NCBI RefSeq assembly: GCF_021372645.1
Contig: NZ_JAJFUC010000089.1
Coordinates: 2,714 to 66,713 of the forward strand
Direction of reading: 5' to 3'
DNA from: Clostridium sp.
GTDB lineage: Bacteria; Bacillota; Clostridia; Clostridiales; Clostridiaceae
DNA length: 64,000 bases
Position numbers and translations under genes: made by a program. This document shows, piece after piece, positions 20,865 through 32,417 of the stretch. Position 1 is the first letter of the stretch; every line of letters begins with the position of its first letter. Under the pieces are notes generated by a model that ran no database searches, was not told the DNA's origin, and was given only the letters and a program-made list of their open reading frames with translations.

Positions 20865-23741
20865 TTACTTGTGATATGGATTATCAACAACATACTTCTT
20901 AAAAGATGCTGATTGCGAAGCATAATTGGGATTATCTTTTAATAATTCATCCTTAAAATATGCGTCATAAACTGCTCTAACTGCTGATGCAATATTACCT
21001 CCATGCCCTCCATCAAATACTACTGCAACTACAGCTATTTGTGGATCATCTGCTGGGGCATAACTTACATAAGTCGCATAAGGTTTTCTTCCTTTTTCTC
21101 TTTGATCAGAGGCAAAATCGGCCGTACCAGTTTTACCAGCTGTTGGTATCGGAAATCCACTAAATGCAGTTGCTGCTGTACCTTCTTGACTATTATTAAC
21201 TGCTTTCATACCGTCTTTAACTGCCTTTTGAGTACTCTTTGATATTGATACTGTATTTAATACTTCCGGTTTAAATTCTTGTACTATATTACCATCATTA
21301 TCAGTAATCTTATCAACCAAATGAAGCTTATATCTTGTTCCACCATTAGCAAGGGTTGAAATATATGATACTAACTGCATTGGAGTAAAATTATTCATAC
21401 CCTGACCTATTGATGCATTAACAATTTGAGCTGGAGTTCTTATTTCTCCAGGTTCATTATTAATTGTAAATTGAGCTATAGCTTCTGCTATACTTGTAGC
21501 TTGATTATCTAAATTTACTTGCTTCCCTGCAATTCTATTCTTATATATATCAGAATATTCCATTATATTCTTAATATCATTTTTAACATCCTTTGCAAAA
21601 TTATCATGGCTCATCATTGATGTTTCATCAACGCCGACCTTATTTAAACTTTCTGTAACTTTATCCTTTATAGCTTTTTTGGAATTTTTAACTTGGTCAT
21701 TATCATCATCTAAAGCACGTATATCAAATGGAATGAAAGTTTTTCCATTATAATTTCCGTTTTCTAATGCGTCAACTAAGTTAAATTTAGCATATGCTAT
21801 TTGATTTTCTTTCCATGATGTAAAGTTATATGTTTGCCCAAAGTTTTCTCCTATTTCTATCCCTGTTGTAGCTTTTTGCTTGCTGCTCGGATCATTAGGA
21901 TCAACACCTAAACCAAATTGCCAAGCATATTTTGCAATAGAATCTAAAGCCTCAATTTTACTTTCTCCTTGCTCTAGCTTTTGAATATACATTCTATATG
22001 CTGTTTCATAGAAGTAATAGTTAATTGATTGTCCTATAGCTGTAGTTAAATTTATTGGTCCCATTGCAGCTTCTAGTCCTGATGGATTAAAACCAGTACC
22101 AAAAGTTTCTGGATGTATATTAAATTTACCTGTATCATTTATAATTGTATCAGGGCTTATTGCACCAGATTCTAAACCTGCAACAGCTGTAAGTGGCTTA
22201 AATGTAGACCCTGGTGGATTTAATGACATAGTAGCATAATTATAAGTTGGTCTTGGATACAAATCATATTTATCTGTTCTGTATCCATCAGTTCCTATTG
22301 GGAATAGATCATCAACAGTTTTATTTAAACCCATTCTTTGTATTAATTGTTTTCCAAATGTTTCGTAGTCAGGATTAAAATATTGTTTGTTTTCTTCCGC
22401 TGTTAATTGTCCTGGAACTGCAAATAAATTAGGATTAAAATTAGGATAACTTGCTAGTGATAAAATTCTTCCTGTTTTAACCTCAACTGCAACTAACGCT
22501 CCTCTTGTTGCATTTGGGAATGTAGTTCCATCAGTATCGAATACATTCTTTTGTAAATTCTCCATTGCATCAGTCAAGCCTTGTTCTGCTGCATATTGAA
22601 TATCATTGTCTATGGTAAGATGAACATCATTTCCAGGATAAGATTCAAGTTTAAATAATTCTTGAGTAACTCTACCTTGTGAGTTAACCTTAACAGTAGT
22701 TCCACCCTTAACACCCTTTAATTGTTCTTCAAAAGCTGATTCTATACCAAACGTACCAATTAAGTCTGATGAAACATCATACCCCTTAAGTTCATATTTT
22801 TCTTTTTGAGTATCATTAATTGAAGATACATAACCTAAAACTGAAGATGCTAAATTATTATATGGATAATACCTTATTGGTGCTAAACTAACATCTATTC
22901 CTGGTAAGTCAGTAAGTTTTTGACGAACTATTAAAGATGTATCTCTATTAATATTTCCTGCAATAGTTGTCGATCTATAGCCTTTGAAACTTTGCATTTT
23001 TATAGCATCTTTTATAACCATAAATCTTCTAATATCATTCAAAGAATATCCTTTTTCTAAAATTACATTAGTCAAATCTTTATCTGACATTTTGGAATAT
23101 ATTTTGATTTTATCCTTTGTCTTATAATCTGGGTCTACAAGTTCAATCAAGTTATAAGATCTAACTAAAGCATAAAAAGCGTCTTCAGGTGTTATCTTTA
23201 AAAGAGCTTCATCTAATTGTGAACTTTGTACATCAGATAACTCTTCAACATCTTTAAACATTGTATTTTTTAAAGTATCATTTAACCCTCTATCTTTTTT
23301 AAATCTTAATTCCTCATTGTTTTGAGACTCTTTCTCACTACTTTTATACTCAAAATATATATTATTATCACTGTCTATTTTCAATGGCAATGTATCTTGA
23401 GTTTTTTCTTCATTTTCATCTAATATTTTAAAAAGTTCCTCCATTGTTGTATAAAATTGTTTCTCTGCATCATCTGTCTTAGTATATGTAAGTGTATATG
23501 TTTGCTTATTAGTTGCTAAAACATTACCTTTTTGATCATATATCTTTCCTCTTGGAGCTTTATCTGATACAAACCGTGTTGATGTAACATCTGCTTTATC
23601 CTTATATTCTTGATAACTAAATACTTGAATATACAATAATTTCAAAATAATAGTTCCAAATATAAACCCCATGATAATGCACAAAACAGTATACCTGGAG
23701 GTTTCTTTTTTCTTTTTGTTTGTTGGTTTATTTAATATCAT
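20865..23741 (-). CDS. mrdA: Class B penicillin-binding protein (PBP2/MrdA)
   Basis: APRGKIYD, RYYPY, GIESAFE, SxxK (STFK), SxN (SIN), KTG; follows mreD. Confidence 0.92.
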   Translation of the reverse strand: MILNKPTNKKKKETSRYTVLCIIMGFIFGTIILKLLYIQVFSYQEYKDKADVTSTRFVSDKAPRGKIYDQKGNVLATNKQTYTLTYTKTDDAEKQFYTTMEELFKILDENEEKTQDTLPLKIDSDNNIYFEYKSSEKESQNNEELRFKKDRGLNDTLKNTMFKDVEELSDVQSSQLDEALLKITPEDAFYALVRSYNLIELVDPDYKTKDKIKIYSKMSDKDLTNVILEKGYSLNDIRRFMVIKDAIKMQSFKGYRSTTIAGNINRDTSLIVRQKLTDLPGIDVSLAPIRYYPYNNLASSVLGYVSSINDTQKEKYELKGYDVSSDLIGTFGIESAFEEQLKGVKGGTTVKVNSQGRVTQELFKLESYPGNDVHLTIDNDIQYAAEQGLTDAMENLQKNVFDTDGTTFPNATRGALVAVEVKTGRILSLASYPNFNPNLFAVPGQLTAEENKQYFNPDYETFGKQLIQRMGLNKTVDDLFPIGTDGYRTDKYDLYPRPTYNYATMSLNPPGSTFKPLTAVAGLESGAISPDTIINDTGKFNIHPETFGTGFNPSGLEAAMGPINLTTAIGQSINYYFYETAYRMYIQKLEQGESKIEALDSIAKYAWQFGLGVDPNDPSSKQKATTGIEIGENFGQTYNFTSWKENQIAYAKFNLVDALENGNYNGKTFIPFDIRALDDDNDQVKNSKKAIKDKVTESLNKVGVDETSMMSHDNFAKDVKNDIKNIMEYSDIYKNRIAGKQVNLDNQATSIAEAIAQFTINNEPGEIRTPAQIVNASIGQGMNNFTPMQLVSYISTLANGGTRYKLHLVDKITDNDGNIVQEFKPEVLNTVSISKSTQKAVKDGMKAVNNSQEGTAATAFSGFPIPTAGKTGTADFASDQREKGRKPYATYVSYAPADDPQIAVVAVVFDGGHGGNIASAVRAVYDAYFKDELLKDNPNYASQSASFKKYVVDNPYHK

Positions 23742-24229
23742 TTAAACCTCCACCTTTGTTTCGTATATTCATCATCATAAACATTCATTACTATTTTATA
23801 TGCAAAGAACATTACTACTCCGTTATATATTCCCATAATAATACTTTTTGAAAGTTGTATATCAATATGTGACAAATAAAATATTACAAAAACTCCCATG
23901 TACTTTATTATTGTAATAAAAAAAATTGAAACTACAGGTATTAATCTCTTATTTTTTATAATTCCATTTCCAATGAAGCTTGCTAAAAGACATAATAATA
24001 AATTCAATAAAGAATTCACTCCAAATCCATGAAAAAAGAAAATATCTTGCAATACACCACTAACAGTACCTACAAATGTGGCCTTTTCTTTCCCATTTAT
24101 TATTGAATAAGCAATAGCAAATGTAAATAATAGACTAGGATAAGCCCCTTTTATTGAAAAAAATGGAACTAATGAATTGTCTAATATAACTAAACCTATA
24201 GAAACTAAAATAATAATTAATTTTTCCAT
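23738..24229 (-). CDS. mreD: Rod shape-determining protein MreD
   Basis: Polytopic membrane protein with GVLQDIFF motif, between mreC and PBP2. Confidence 0.9.
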   Translation of the reverse strand: MEKLIIILVSIGLVILDNSLVPFFSIKGAYPSLLFTFAIAYSIINGKEKATFVGTVSGVLQDIFFFHGFGVNSLLNLLLCLLASFIGNGIIKNKRLIPVVSIFFITIIKYMGVFVIFYLSHIDIQLSKSIIMGIYNGVVMFFAYKIVMNVYDDEYTKQRWRFK

Positions 24230-24239
24230 TTACGAACCC

Positions 24240-25088
24240 CTAATTATATTTAACTTCTCTCGTATCCTTCGGAGAGACAATAAATAATTCTTCTAATTTA
24301 TTAAAATCTACATATGGTTTTACAACTGCGCTTTTCATTACTTTTACATTATCTTCTTCAACTGAAATTACTTCTCCAATTCTAATTTCCTTTGGGTAAA
24401 GCATCCCTACTCCAGATGTCATTATTACATCGCCTTCTTTAACTTCAGAATCCATTGGAAGATCATATACTTTAGCTAAATTTCTATTTTGTCTATCCTT
24501 AAATCCTTTTATATATCCAGTAGTATCTCTAGTACTCTGAACCATAACACTTACAGCTATATTTTCGTTAACCAATGATTGGATTATACACCAATTGCTA
24601 TCTACACTCGTTACTTGACCTACTAGTCCTTGAGCTGCTATAACAATCATGCCTTTTTGAATATTATCATTTTTACCTTTATTAACTATATAGCCATCTA
24701 AAAAATTTCCTCCACTATACCCTATAATGTCACATGCTATATAATTATAATTATTTCTTTCTTCTGCAAAATTCAATATTTCTCTTAATCTATCATTTTC
24801 TCCTTTTAAATCTGAATAAGTGCTCAATTTATTTTCAAGCTCTTGGTTTTTATTAATCAATTCTTTATTTTGTGCTTTTACTTCTGAAAAATTCAAGAAA
24901 AAGTCTAAAGTTTCTTTAATTTTATCAGTTCCTTTATACACAAGATTTTGTACAGGATTTAAAGTACTACCGGCACCACTTTCAATAATACTTCTATTTT
25001 CTTTCTTAACAGTATAAACTATTAATCCTAAAAAGCTAACTGACAGTACTATAATAGTTACTGCCAGTTTATTTCTAAGAAGCTTCAT
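24240..25088 (-). CDS. mreC: Rod shape-determining protein MreC
   Basis: TM segment, coiled coil (ENDRLREIL), NKGKNDNI, GLVGQV, GDVIMTSG, PYVDFNKLE. Confidence 0.95.
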   Translation of the reverse strand: MKLLRNKLAVTIIVLSVSFLGLIVYTVKKENRSIIESGAGSTLNPVQNLVYKGTDKIKETLDFFLNFSEVKAQNKELINKNQELENKLSTYSDLKGENDRLREILNFAEERNNYNYIACDIIGYSGGNFLDGYIVNKGKNDNIQKGMIVIAAQGLVGQVTSVDSNWCIIQSLVNENIAVSVMVQSTRDTTGYIKGFKDRQNRNLAKVYDLPMDSEVKEGDVIMTSGVGMLYPKEIRIGEVISVEEDNVKVMKSAVVKPYVDFNKLEELFIVSPKDTREVKYN

Positions 25089-25091
25089 ATA

Positions 25092-26108
25092 TTAACCTCT
25101 TTGATCCCTACTAATTTTATCAAAATCTTCTAGTGCCTTCCCTGCTCCAAGTACTACACAATCAAGAGGTGCCTCTGCAATATGTACAGGCATGTTTGTT
25201 TCTTTATTTATCAATACATCTAAGCCTTTTAAATAAGCTCCACCGCCAGCAAGCATTATTCCTTTTTCTATAATATCTGCTGCAAGCTCTGGTGGTGTTT
25301 TTTCTAATGTGGTCTTAATTGCCTCTATAATAGCATATATAGGTTCTTTTAATGCTTCTCTTACTTGAGTTTCTGAAATTTGAACTGTCTTTGGAAGACC
25401 CGAAATCAAATCTCTTCCTTTTATGTCCATTACCATTTCTTCATCTTCAACTTTATAAGCTGATCCTATTTCCATTTTGACTTGTTCAGCAGTTCTTTCT
25501 CCAACCATTAAGTTAAATTCTTTTTTAATATAAGATATTATTGATTGATCTAATTCATCCCCTGCTTTTCTAAGAGATTTACTAGTTACTATTCCACCTA
25601 AAGAAATAATAGCTACTTCTGTAGTACCTCCACCAATATCAACTATCATACTTCCTGTTGGCTCACTTACTGGAAGCCCTGCTCCAATTGCTGCTGCCAT
25701 AGGTTCTTCCATTAAAATAACATCTCTAGCTCCTGAAAGCTTTGTTGCTTCTTCAATCGCTCTCTTTTCAACTTCAGTAATACCTGATGGATAACAAACT
25801 ATTATTCTTGGGTTCTTAAATGCATTCTTTGTTGATACCTTTTCTATTAAGCTTTTCATCATTGTTTGAGCTATATCAAAATCTGCTATTACCCCATCTT
25901 TTAATGGTCTTATAGCTACTATATTCCCTGGAGTTCTACCTATCATCAGTTTAGCTTCTGATCCAACTGCTAATGTCTTTCTAGTCAATGTATTCACAGC
26001 AACAACAGATGGCTCTCTTAAAACAATTCCTTTACCTTTTACAAATACTAATGTATTTGCAGTTCCTAAATCTATCCCCATATCTTTTCCTGATCCAAAA
26101 AATCCCAT
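25092..26108 (-). CDS. mreB: Actin-like MreB
   Basis: [34 protein letters not shown]. Confidence 0.98.
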   Translation of the reverse strand: MGFFGSGKDMGIDLGTANTLVFVKGKGIVLREPSVVAVNTLTRKTLAVGSEAKLMIGRTPGNIVAIRPLKDGVIADFDIAQTMMKSLIEKVSTKNAFKNPRIIVCYPSGITEVEKRAIEEATKLSGARDVILMEEPMAAAIGAGLPVSEPTGSMIVDIGGGTTEVAIISLGGIVTSKSLRKAGDELDQSIISYIKKEFNLMVGERTAEQVKMEIGSAYKVEDEEMVMDIKGRDLISGLPKTVQISETQVREALKEPIYAIIEAIKTTLEKTPPELAADIIEKGIMLAGGGAYLKGLDVLINKETNMPVHIAEAPLDCVVLGAGKALEDFDKISRDQRG

Positions 26109-26129
26109 TTATTTTTTCCCCTTCCGATT

Positions 26130-26819
26130 CTATATTAGTCCTCTCTCTTTGAGGCTAACAAATTTATTATTTCCTATTATAATATGGTCTACTAATTGAA
26201 TTCCTAGTATATTTCCACATTCTTTAATTCTTAATGTAATGTTTATATCTTCCTTACTAGGCGTTGGATCGCCTGATGGATGATTATGACATATAATTAT
26301 TGACGCACTATTTTTATCTATTGCTTGCTTAAATATCTCCCTTGGATGAACTACAGATGTATTTAAGCTGCCTTTGAAAACATCTTTTGTTCCAATAATT
26401 ATATTTTTTGTACTTAATAATATTACCTTTAAAATTTCTTGATTTAATTCGTTCATTTCACCCATAAGAAGATCCGCTAAATCTTTTGGCGAACTGATCT
26501 TAATATCTTTTTTCATTGCTTTTAATGTTCTAAATCTTCTAAAAAGCTCACACAATGCCAAAATCTGAGATGCTTTTCCTTCTTTAATACCTTTTATAGA
26601 TGTTATGTCATTAAAGCTTGCACTCAAAACTCCATCTAACCCCTCTAATTCTGATAAAAGTCTACTACTCAATTGGAGTACATTTTCTCCTTGAGTTCCA
26701 GTTCTGAGTATAATTGCTAATAGTTCTGAATTACTTAAACTCTCAGCTCCATAGGTCAATAATTTTTCTTTAGGTCTTTCATTTTGTGGTATATCCTTAA
26801 TTTTAAGGCTGCTGTCCAT
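26130..26819 (-). CDS. radC: RadC family JAB-domain protein
   Basis: ERPKEKL, LSNSELLAI, HPREIF, HNHPSGDPTPS..D, DHII. Start placed at ATG 26819 with SD GGAGG. Confidence 0.94.
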   Translation of the reverse strand: MDSSLKIKDIPQNERPKEKLLTYGAESLSNSELLAIILRTGTQGENVLQLSSRLLSELEGLDGVLSASFNDITSIKGIKEGKASQILALCELFRRFRTLKAMKKDIKISSPKDLADLLMGEMNELNQEILKVILLSTKNIIIGTKDVFKGSLNTSVVHPREIFKQAIDKNSASIIICHNHPSGDPTPSKEDINITLRIKECGNILGIQLVDHIIIGNNKFVSLKERGLI

Positions 26820-26865
26820 TAATATATTACCTCCACATATATGATCCCCTTCTAATTCCCTCAAA

Positions 26866-27432
26866 TTATTGTATTTCTTCTAGCATAAATTTTAATTTAT
26901 TTAACGGAAGTCCAACAACATTATAATAACATCCTTTTATTTCCTTAACAAATATTCCACCTATGCCTTGAATTCCATAAGCTCCAGCTTTGTCTAAAGG
27001 TTCACCAGTTTTTATGTATTCTAGTATTTCATCATCACTTATTTCAGAAAAAGTAACCTCTGTAGCTAAACTTTCTTGTTTAATTAAATTTGTAGCAGTA
27101 TTAATAACAACAATACCTGAATAAACTAAATGTTTTCTGCCTTGAAGTGATTTTAAAATATTAAAAGCATCTTCTTCATCCTTTGGTTTTACAAGTATTT
27201 TATCTTCTAATGTAACTATAGTATCCGCTGATATTATTATTGCATCACCATTTAGCTTGTTTTTAACATGCAACGCTTTCCCTAAAGCTACATTTTTAAC
27301 ATATCTATCTATACATCCTTCAAAGAGAACTTTACTTTCATCAAAATCACTGGCTATTATATCAAAATCTTTAATTAATCTACTTAAAAGTTCTTGACGT
27401 CTCTCTGAAGCAGAAGCTAATACTATTTTCAT
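26866..27432 (-). CDS. maf: Maf/YhdE nucleoside triphosphate pyrophosphatase
   Basis: LASASERRQELL, SADTIV, DKAGAYGIQG, NVVGLP. Confidence 0.95.
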   Translation of the reverse strand: MKIVLASASERRQELLSRLIKDFDIIASDFDESKVLFEGCIDRYVKNVALGKALHVKNKLNGDAIIISADTIVTLEDKILVKPKDEEDAFNILKSLQGRKHLVYSGIVVINTATNLIKQESLATEVTFSEISDDEILEYIKTGEPLDKAGAYGIQGIGGIFVKEIKGCYYNVVGLPLNKLKFMLEEIQ

Positions 27433-27672
27433 ATATTCACATCCTAAATAAAGAATCTAATGTATACTATTGACAAATAATATGCATTATAGACATGTTA
27501 ATTATTTAACTAAATTAATTTTTTAACGTATAGAAATGATATGTATTCCTATAAACCATTTCTACATCCTATAGTTTATCATTTAAGATGTTCTTAAACA
27601 AGTCTGTTATATTAAGTTATGACTTTTTTTATATAAATTTAATTTTGTTGTAATAAATATTCTTCATTTTTT

Positions 27673-28347
27673 TTAGTTTTTAAGCAATTTGTATAATTCC
27701 GGTATATTTATATTGCTATTTTCTTTATTTATTTCATCTGGCAAATTTTTCACATAACTACTTAAATCATTTATTTTTTTAGATTTTGCAATACTATCAT
27801 CCGTTATAATTTTATCAGTCCATTCTTTAAATTCTGTTGTTTTTATACTTTTAACTCCATTATCTTCAAGTTTATTAGTAATTGTTAAAAATCCATCTAT
27901 AACCTCTATTATTTTTTTACTTTCTATATTATCACTTGAAATATTTAAATTAACCTTCGCAACATCAATATTATTTGCTTTAAATTGTTCTATTTTTTTT
28001 AGCCCATCCTCTTCTTTATATATTCCAGCTAATACCCTATATTTACCATCCTCTTCTACTATAAAAGGCTCACAATATTTTGATATTGCAGTTAATAATT
28101 CTTTTGCATTTTCTTCTTTAGAATAATATCCACATTGCAATGCTATAAGGCTCGGAACTTTACCTTTACCATTTCCCTCAATTGAATATCTTGAATTATT
28201 ACTATTGTTATCTTGAATCTGTTTTCCATTAAAAATAAATTTACTAATAAATAATCCACCACCTATAGATATCAAAGCAATAACTGCAACACTACATAAA
28301 AACTTTATCTTATTCGATTTTCTATATTCATATCTTGTGTACCTCAT
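27673..28347 (-). CDS. Membrane-anchored SPOR-domain protein
   Basis: N-terminal TM segment; ALQCGYYSKEENA...YRVLAG SPOR-like motif. Start placed at ATG 28347 with AAGGAGG. Confidence 0.7.
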   Translation of the reverse strand: MRYTRYEYRKSNKIKFLCSVAVIALISIGGGLFISKFIFNGKQIQDNNSNNSRYSIEGNGKGKVPSLIALQCGYYSKEENAKELLTAISKYCEPFIVEEDGKYRVLAGIYKEEDGLKKIEQFKANNIDVAKVNLNISSDNIESKKIIEVIDGFLTITNKLEDNGVKSIKTTEFKEWTDKIITDDSIAKSKKINDLSSYVKNLPDEINKENSNINIPELYKLLKN

Positions 28348-28478
28348 AATATCCCTCCTTTTTTTCATATACTATATTTATTCTATAGGTCACACATATA
28401 TGAGTTATGTTAAATATAAAATACATTATTCTATACTTAACTTTTGCAGATATCCTACACAAAAAAGTATTGAGTAGC

Positions 28479-28527
28479 AAAAAACGTATTATTCACTTTT
28501 TTAGTTTTATTGAATAATACGTTTTTT
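28479..28527 (-). terminator. Intrinsic terminator after the NlpC/P60 gene
   Basis: Perfect 17-bp inverted repeat AAAAAACGTATTATTCA / TGAATAATACGTTTTTT. Confidence 0.85.
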
Positions 28528-28621
28528 TAATTTATTATTTAATTTTATCAATTCATAATGTATGTATTCTCTTTTGAGGGGTATTGCCGCATTATAAGTA
28601 TTACACAATACTTATAATTTC

Positions 28622-29212
28622 TTAGTTAAATATTCTTCTTGCAGTTGCGTATCTTTTTGAATAATATTCATCATATAAGGAACTTATCATTACTGGTTTT
28701 CCTGCTCTTGGTGCATGAATAAATTCTCCATCCCCAATATAAATACCAACGTGACTTATTGAACCTTCTGTATTAAAGAACACTAAATCTCCTGCTCTTA
28801 AATCACTTCTTTTTGCGTCAGTTCCTTGCCCTACTTGAGTATATGTAGTACGTGATAGACCTACTCCAAATTTATTATATACATATTGTGTTAGTCCTGA
28901 GCAATCAAAAGCATTTGGACCAGCTGCACCATAAACATATGGTTTTCCTAAAAATTTATATGCATAATTAACAACTTCATTTCCTTTGCTAACAGTACCC
29001 CTTGAAGCTTTATTTCCGCCATCTGTTGTTTCTGTATCTGAAGGTGCTTTAATTACTTTAGTTGCTTTAAGTTCACTAGTTTTAAGTGTAATCCCCTTAT
29101 TAGGTATTAGTATAGTATCAGCTTCAGCATTTTGAGTATTAATAAAGCAAGCTCCTGAAAAAACTAAAACTGTAATTATGCATTTTATAAGCATTTTTAT
29201 TTTATTTTTCAT
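28622..29212 (-). CDS. Secreted NlpC/P60 (C40) peptidoglycan endopeptidase
   Basis: Signal peptide; GKPYVYG, FDCSG (Cys), HVGIY (His), IHA (His). Confidence 0.93.
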   Translation of the reverse strand: MKNKIKMLIKCIITVLVFSGACFINTQNAEADTILIPNKGITLKTSELKATKVIKAPSDTETTDGGNKASRGTVSKGNEVVNYAYKFLGKPYVYGAAGPNAFDCSGLTQYVYNKFGVGLSRTTYTQVGQGTDAKRSDLRAGDLVFFNTEGSISHVGIYIGDGEFIHAPRAGKPVMISSLYDEYYSKRYATARRIFN

Positions 29213-29369
29213 CTATATTCCCTCTTCATTACCTAATTTATATTATTATAGAAAACATTTTCATTTTTGTTTACATTGTCTTCTATTTTTCATACATTAA
29301 TTAGTATATTCACAAATTTACTATTGGTCAAACTATTAACATTTTTATATATTTCTATTAATAAATTTA

Positions 29370-30827
29370 TTAATCTCTTATTTCCTTAAGAACTTCTAAT
29401 AAGTATTTAAAGCATCTACGAGTAGAAGATATACTCATATGTTCTACAGGAGTATGTATATCGATTATGTCTGGTCCAAAGCTAATCATATCTAAATCTC
29501 CAAGCTTTTCCCTTAATATTCCACATTCTACACCTGCATGCATAGCAAAAATATCAGCTTCTTTGCCATACATTTTAGAATATACTTTTTTGCATATCTC
29601 TCTTATTTTTGAATCAGTTTTATATGACCACGCTGGATATCCTGCATTAGTTGTAAATGTTCCACCTAAAATTTCTGTTATACATTTATTTCTTTCAACT
29701 ATTTCTTCTCTTAATGAAAATACAGAGCTTCTCACTGCACTGTCATATTCCACCTCATTTTGATTAGTTGTTACCACTCCAAGGTTTGTTGAACTTTCTG
29801 TTAATCCTTCTATATCTGAACTCATTGTATTTACTCCATTTGGGTACATATACAATAAATTAATTGTTTTGGTTGTAGTATCATCTGAAAATACCTTTCC
29901 TACACTATTTTCACATTCTAGTAAATATATTCCTAAATTTGAATCCTTTTTACTAAATTCTTTTTTTAAATTTTCACATACTTTTGTCTTTAAATCCATC
30001 AAATTTTTTTCATCAGTTGAATTAATTGATACAACTGCTGTAGCTTCTCTTGGAATTGCATTATTTTTTGAACCTCCATTTAATGAAACTAAATTTAATT
30101 TTATTTTATTTGTGATTTCCTTTAATAATCTTCCCATTAATTTATTAGAATTTCCTTTTCCTAAATTAATATCTGTTCCTGAGTGTCCTCCCTTTAATCC
30201 TTTGATTATAAGGGTATATTCTTTTGTGTTTTCCTTTTTATCTATCCATTCAATAGGAAGAGTAGATTTTGTTCTAATACCTCCTGCACAGCTAACTAAA
30301 AGCTTTCCTTCTTCTTCCGAATCTATATTTAAAACAATTTTGCCATTAATATAATCAGCTTGAACTGCTAAAGCACCACTCATTCCAGCCTCTTCATCAG
30401 TTGTTATTAATACTTCAAGAGCTGGATGCTCTATAGTATTATCTTCTAATATAGCCATTGCATAAGCAAGTGCAATCCCATCATCTCCTCCAAGGGTAGT
30501 TTTATCAGCATATATATAATCACCCTTAACAATTAATTTAATAGGATCTTTTGTAAAATCATGTTCTTTATCACTGTTTTTTTCACATACCATATCCATA
30601 TGGCCTTGAATTATAACTACTGGAGCTTTTTCATAACCCTTTGATGCTGGTTTTTTAATTATCACATTTAAAGCTACATCTTGAATACAATCTAATCCTA
30701 AATTTCTTCCAAAATTAAGTAAGTAATCGCTGATTTGTTTTTCATTACCGGACCCTCTTGGTATTTTACTTATCTCTTTAAAATGATAAAAAATTCTTTC
30801 GTCTGTGATATTTTTAAAATTTTTCAT
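29370..30827 (-). CDS. pepD: Aminoacyl-histidine dipeptidase (M20)
   Basis: QGHMDMVCEK, LGGDDG, DEEAG, GLKGGHSG, HAGVECG, DIHTP. Confidence 0.94.
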   Translation of the reverse strand: MKNFKNITDERIFYHFKEISKIPRGSGNEKQISDYLLNFGRNLGLDCIQDVALNVIIKKPASKGYEKAPVVIIQGHMDMVCEKNSDKEHDFTKDPIKLIVKGDYIYADKTTLGGDDGIALAYAMAILEDNTIEHPALEVLITTDEEAGMSGALAVQADYINGKIVLNIDSEEEGKLLVSCAGGIRTKSTLPIEWIDKKENTKEYTLIIKGLKGGHSGTDINLGKGNSNKLMGRLLKEITNKIKLNLVSLNGGSKNNAIPREATAVVSINSTDEKNLMDLKTKVCENLKKEFSKKDSNLGIYLLECENSVGKVFSDDTTTKTINLLYMYPNGVNTMSSDIEGLTESSTNLGVVTTNQNEVEYDSAVRSSVFSLREEIVERNKCITEILGGTFTTNAGYPAWSYKTDSKIREICKKVYSKMYGKEADIFAMHAGVECGILREKLGDLDMISFGPDIIDIHTPVEHMSISSTRRCFKYLLEVLKEIRD

Positions 30828-30990
30828 ACTTTACTCTTCCTTCCGCTAATTACGTGATAAAATATCAATATGTATATCTTTTTTAGTTTATCATAAAATA
30901 TTGTTATATGATGTATATATTTTTATTTTATGATTTATTATCTTACACACTATAAACATAATGTATAAAATTTTAATGTGAGGTGTTTGC

Positions 30991-32409
30991 ATGCAAAAAA
31001 CAAAAATGATTTTTACTATTGGTCCAGCAAGTGATAATGAAGAAACTTTAAGAAAATTTATTGAAATTGGAATGAGTGCCGCAAGATTAAACTTTTCTCA
31101 TGGTACACATGAATCACATAAAGAGAAAATTGAATTAATCCAACGTATAAGCAAAGATATGGATTCTGCAACAGCTATTGTACTAGATATAAAGGGCCCT
31201 AAAATTAGAACTCATAACTTCATTAATGATGGTGTAATTCTTACTGAAGGAAATGATTTTGCTTTTGTTTGTGGAGAAGAAATCCTTGGGAATGAAAAAA
31301 GATGTTCAGTTTCATATGACATACTTTATCAAGATATAAAAGTCGGAGGAAAAATTCTTGTTGATGATGGTCTTTTAAAGTTCAAAGTTATTGGCGTTGA
31401 AGGTAAAACAATCCATACTAAAGTTATAGTTGGTGGAGAAATTAAAAATCACAAAGGTGTTAATGTTCCTGATGCAGTTATTAATTTACCATCAATTACT
31501 GAAAAAGATATAGAAGATATTAAATTTGGTTGCAAAATGGGAGTTGACTTTATAGCTGCTTCTTTCATAAGAAAAGCTGATGATGTTCTAGATGTAAAGA
31601 AAGTTTTAAAAGAAAATCATTGTGAACACATTAAGGTAATAGCTAAAATAGAAAATCAAGAAGGTGTAGATAATATAGATTCTATCATCAAAGTAACTGA
31701 TTCTGTAATGATTGCCAGAGGAGATATGGGTGTTGAAATCCCAATTGAAAAAGTTCCCATAAATCAAAAGATGATAATCAAAAAATGTAATGAAGCAGGT
31801 AAAATTGTTATAACAGCAACTCAAATGCTTGATTCAATGATTAGAAATTCACTTCCAACTAGAGCTGAAGCAAGTGATATTTGTAATGCTATTTTTGATG
31901 GAACTGATGCAATCATGTTAAGTGGTGAAAGTGCTTCTGGTCTTTTCCCTATAGAAGCTGCAACGACAATGTCCAAAATAGCTCAAGAAGTTGAAGAATA
32001 TTTAGATTATAACGATTTAACTGCAAGACTTAGAGAACCTTCTCTTAATGATTACGCTTCTGCAATAAGTTACTCTGCTTGTAGAACTGCAAATCTTTTG
32101 AATGCTAAGGCTATTGTTGCTGCAACAAAGAGTGGTGCTACAGCTAGAATACTTTCAAGATATAGATCAAAAGCTCCAATTATAGCTATAACTCCTTATG
32201 ATCAAGTAAGAAGAACATTAAGCTTAAATTTTGGTATATGTCCTATGAAATGTTCTATATTTCATACAACAGATCAAATTTTAACTGAAGCTAAAAATGT
32301 AGTGCATAAATTAGGCATAACTAAGCCTGGAGATGACATAATAGTTGCTGCTGGAATGCCAATAACTCATACTGGTGGAACTAACATGTTAAAGATAGAA
32401 AAAATTTAA
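30991..32409 (+). CDS. pyk: Pyruvate kinase
   Basis: TIGPAS, RLNFSHG, KIENQEG, ARGDMGVE, TQMLDSM, PTRAE, MLSGE. Confidence 0.98.
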   Translation: MQKTKMIFTIGPASDNEETLRKFIEIGMSAARLNFSHGTHESHKEKIELIQRISKDMDSATAIVLDIKGPKIRTHNFINDGVILTEGNDFAFVCGEEILGNEKRCSVSYDILYQDIKVGGKILVDDGLLKFKVIGVEGKTIHTKVIVGGEIKNHKGVNVPDAVINLPSITEKDIEDIKFGCKMGVDFIAASFIRKADDVLDVKKVLKENHCEHIKVIAKIENQEGVDNIDSIIKVTDSVMIARGDMGVEIPIEKVPINQKMIIKKCNEAGKIVITATQMLDSMIRNSLPTRAEASDICNAIFDGTDAIMLSGESASGLFPIEAATTMSKIAQEVEEYLDYNDLTARLREPSLNDYASAISYSACRTANLLNAKAIVAATKSGATARILSRYRSKAPIIAITPYDQVRRTLSLNFGICPMKCSIFHTTDQILTEAKNVVHKLGITKPGDDIIVAAGMPITHTGGTNMLKIEKI

Positions 32410-32417
32410 CATATTTA

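Noticed and set aside
26130-26819. radC as a marker of a mobile element
   Set aside because: It sits in the conserved chromosomal maf-radC-mreBCD context and is full-length with the N-terminal HhH region.
29213-29369. Riboswitch (e.g. c-di-GMP) upstream of the NlpC/P60 gene, autolysins or cyclase
   Set aside because: No GEMM or other riboswitch consensus was recognisable in these leaders by eye; an Infernal scan would be needed to exclude one fully.
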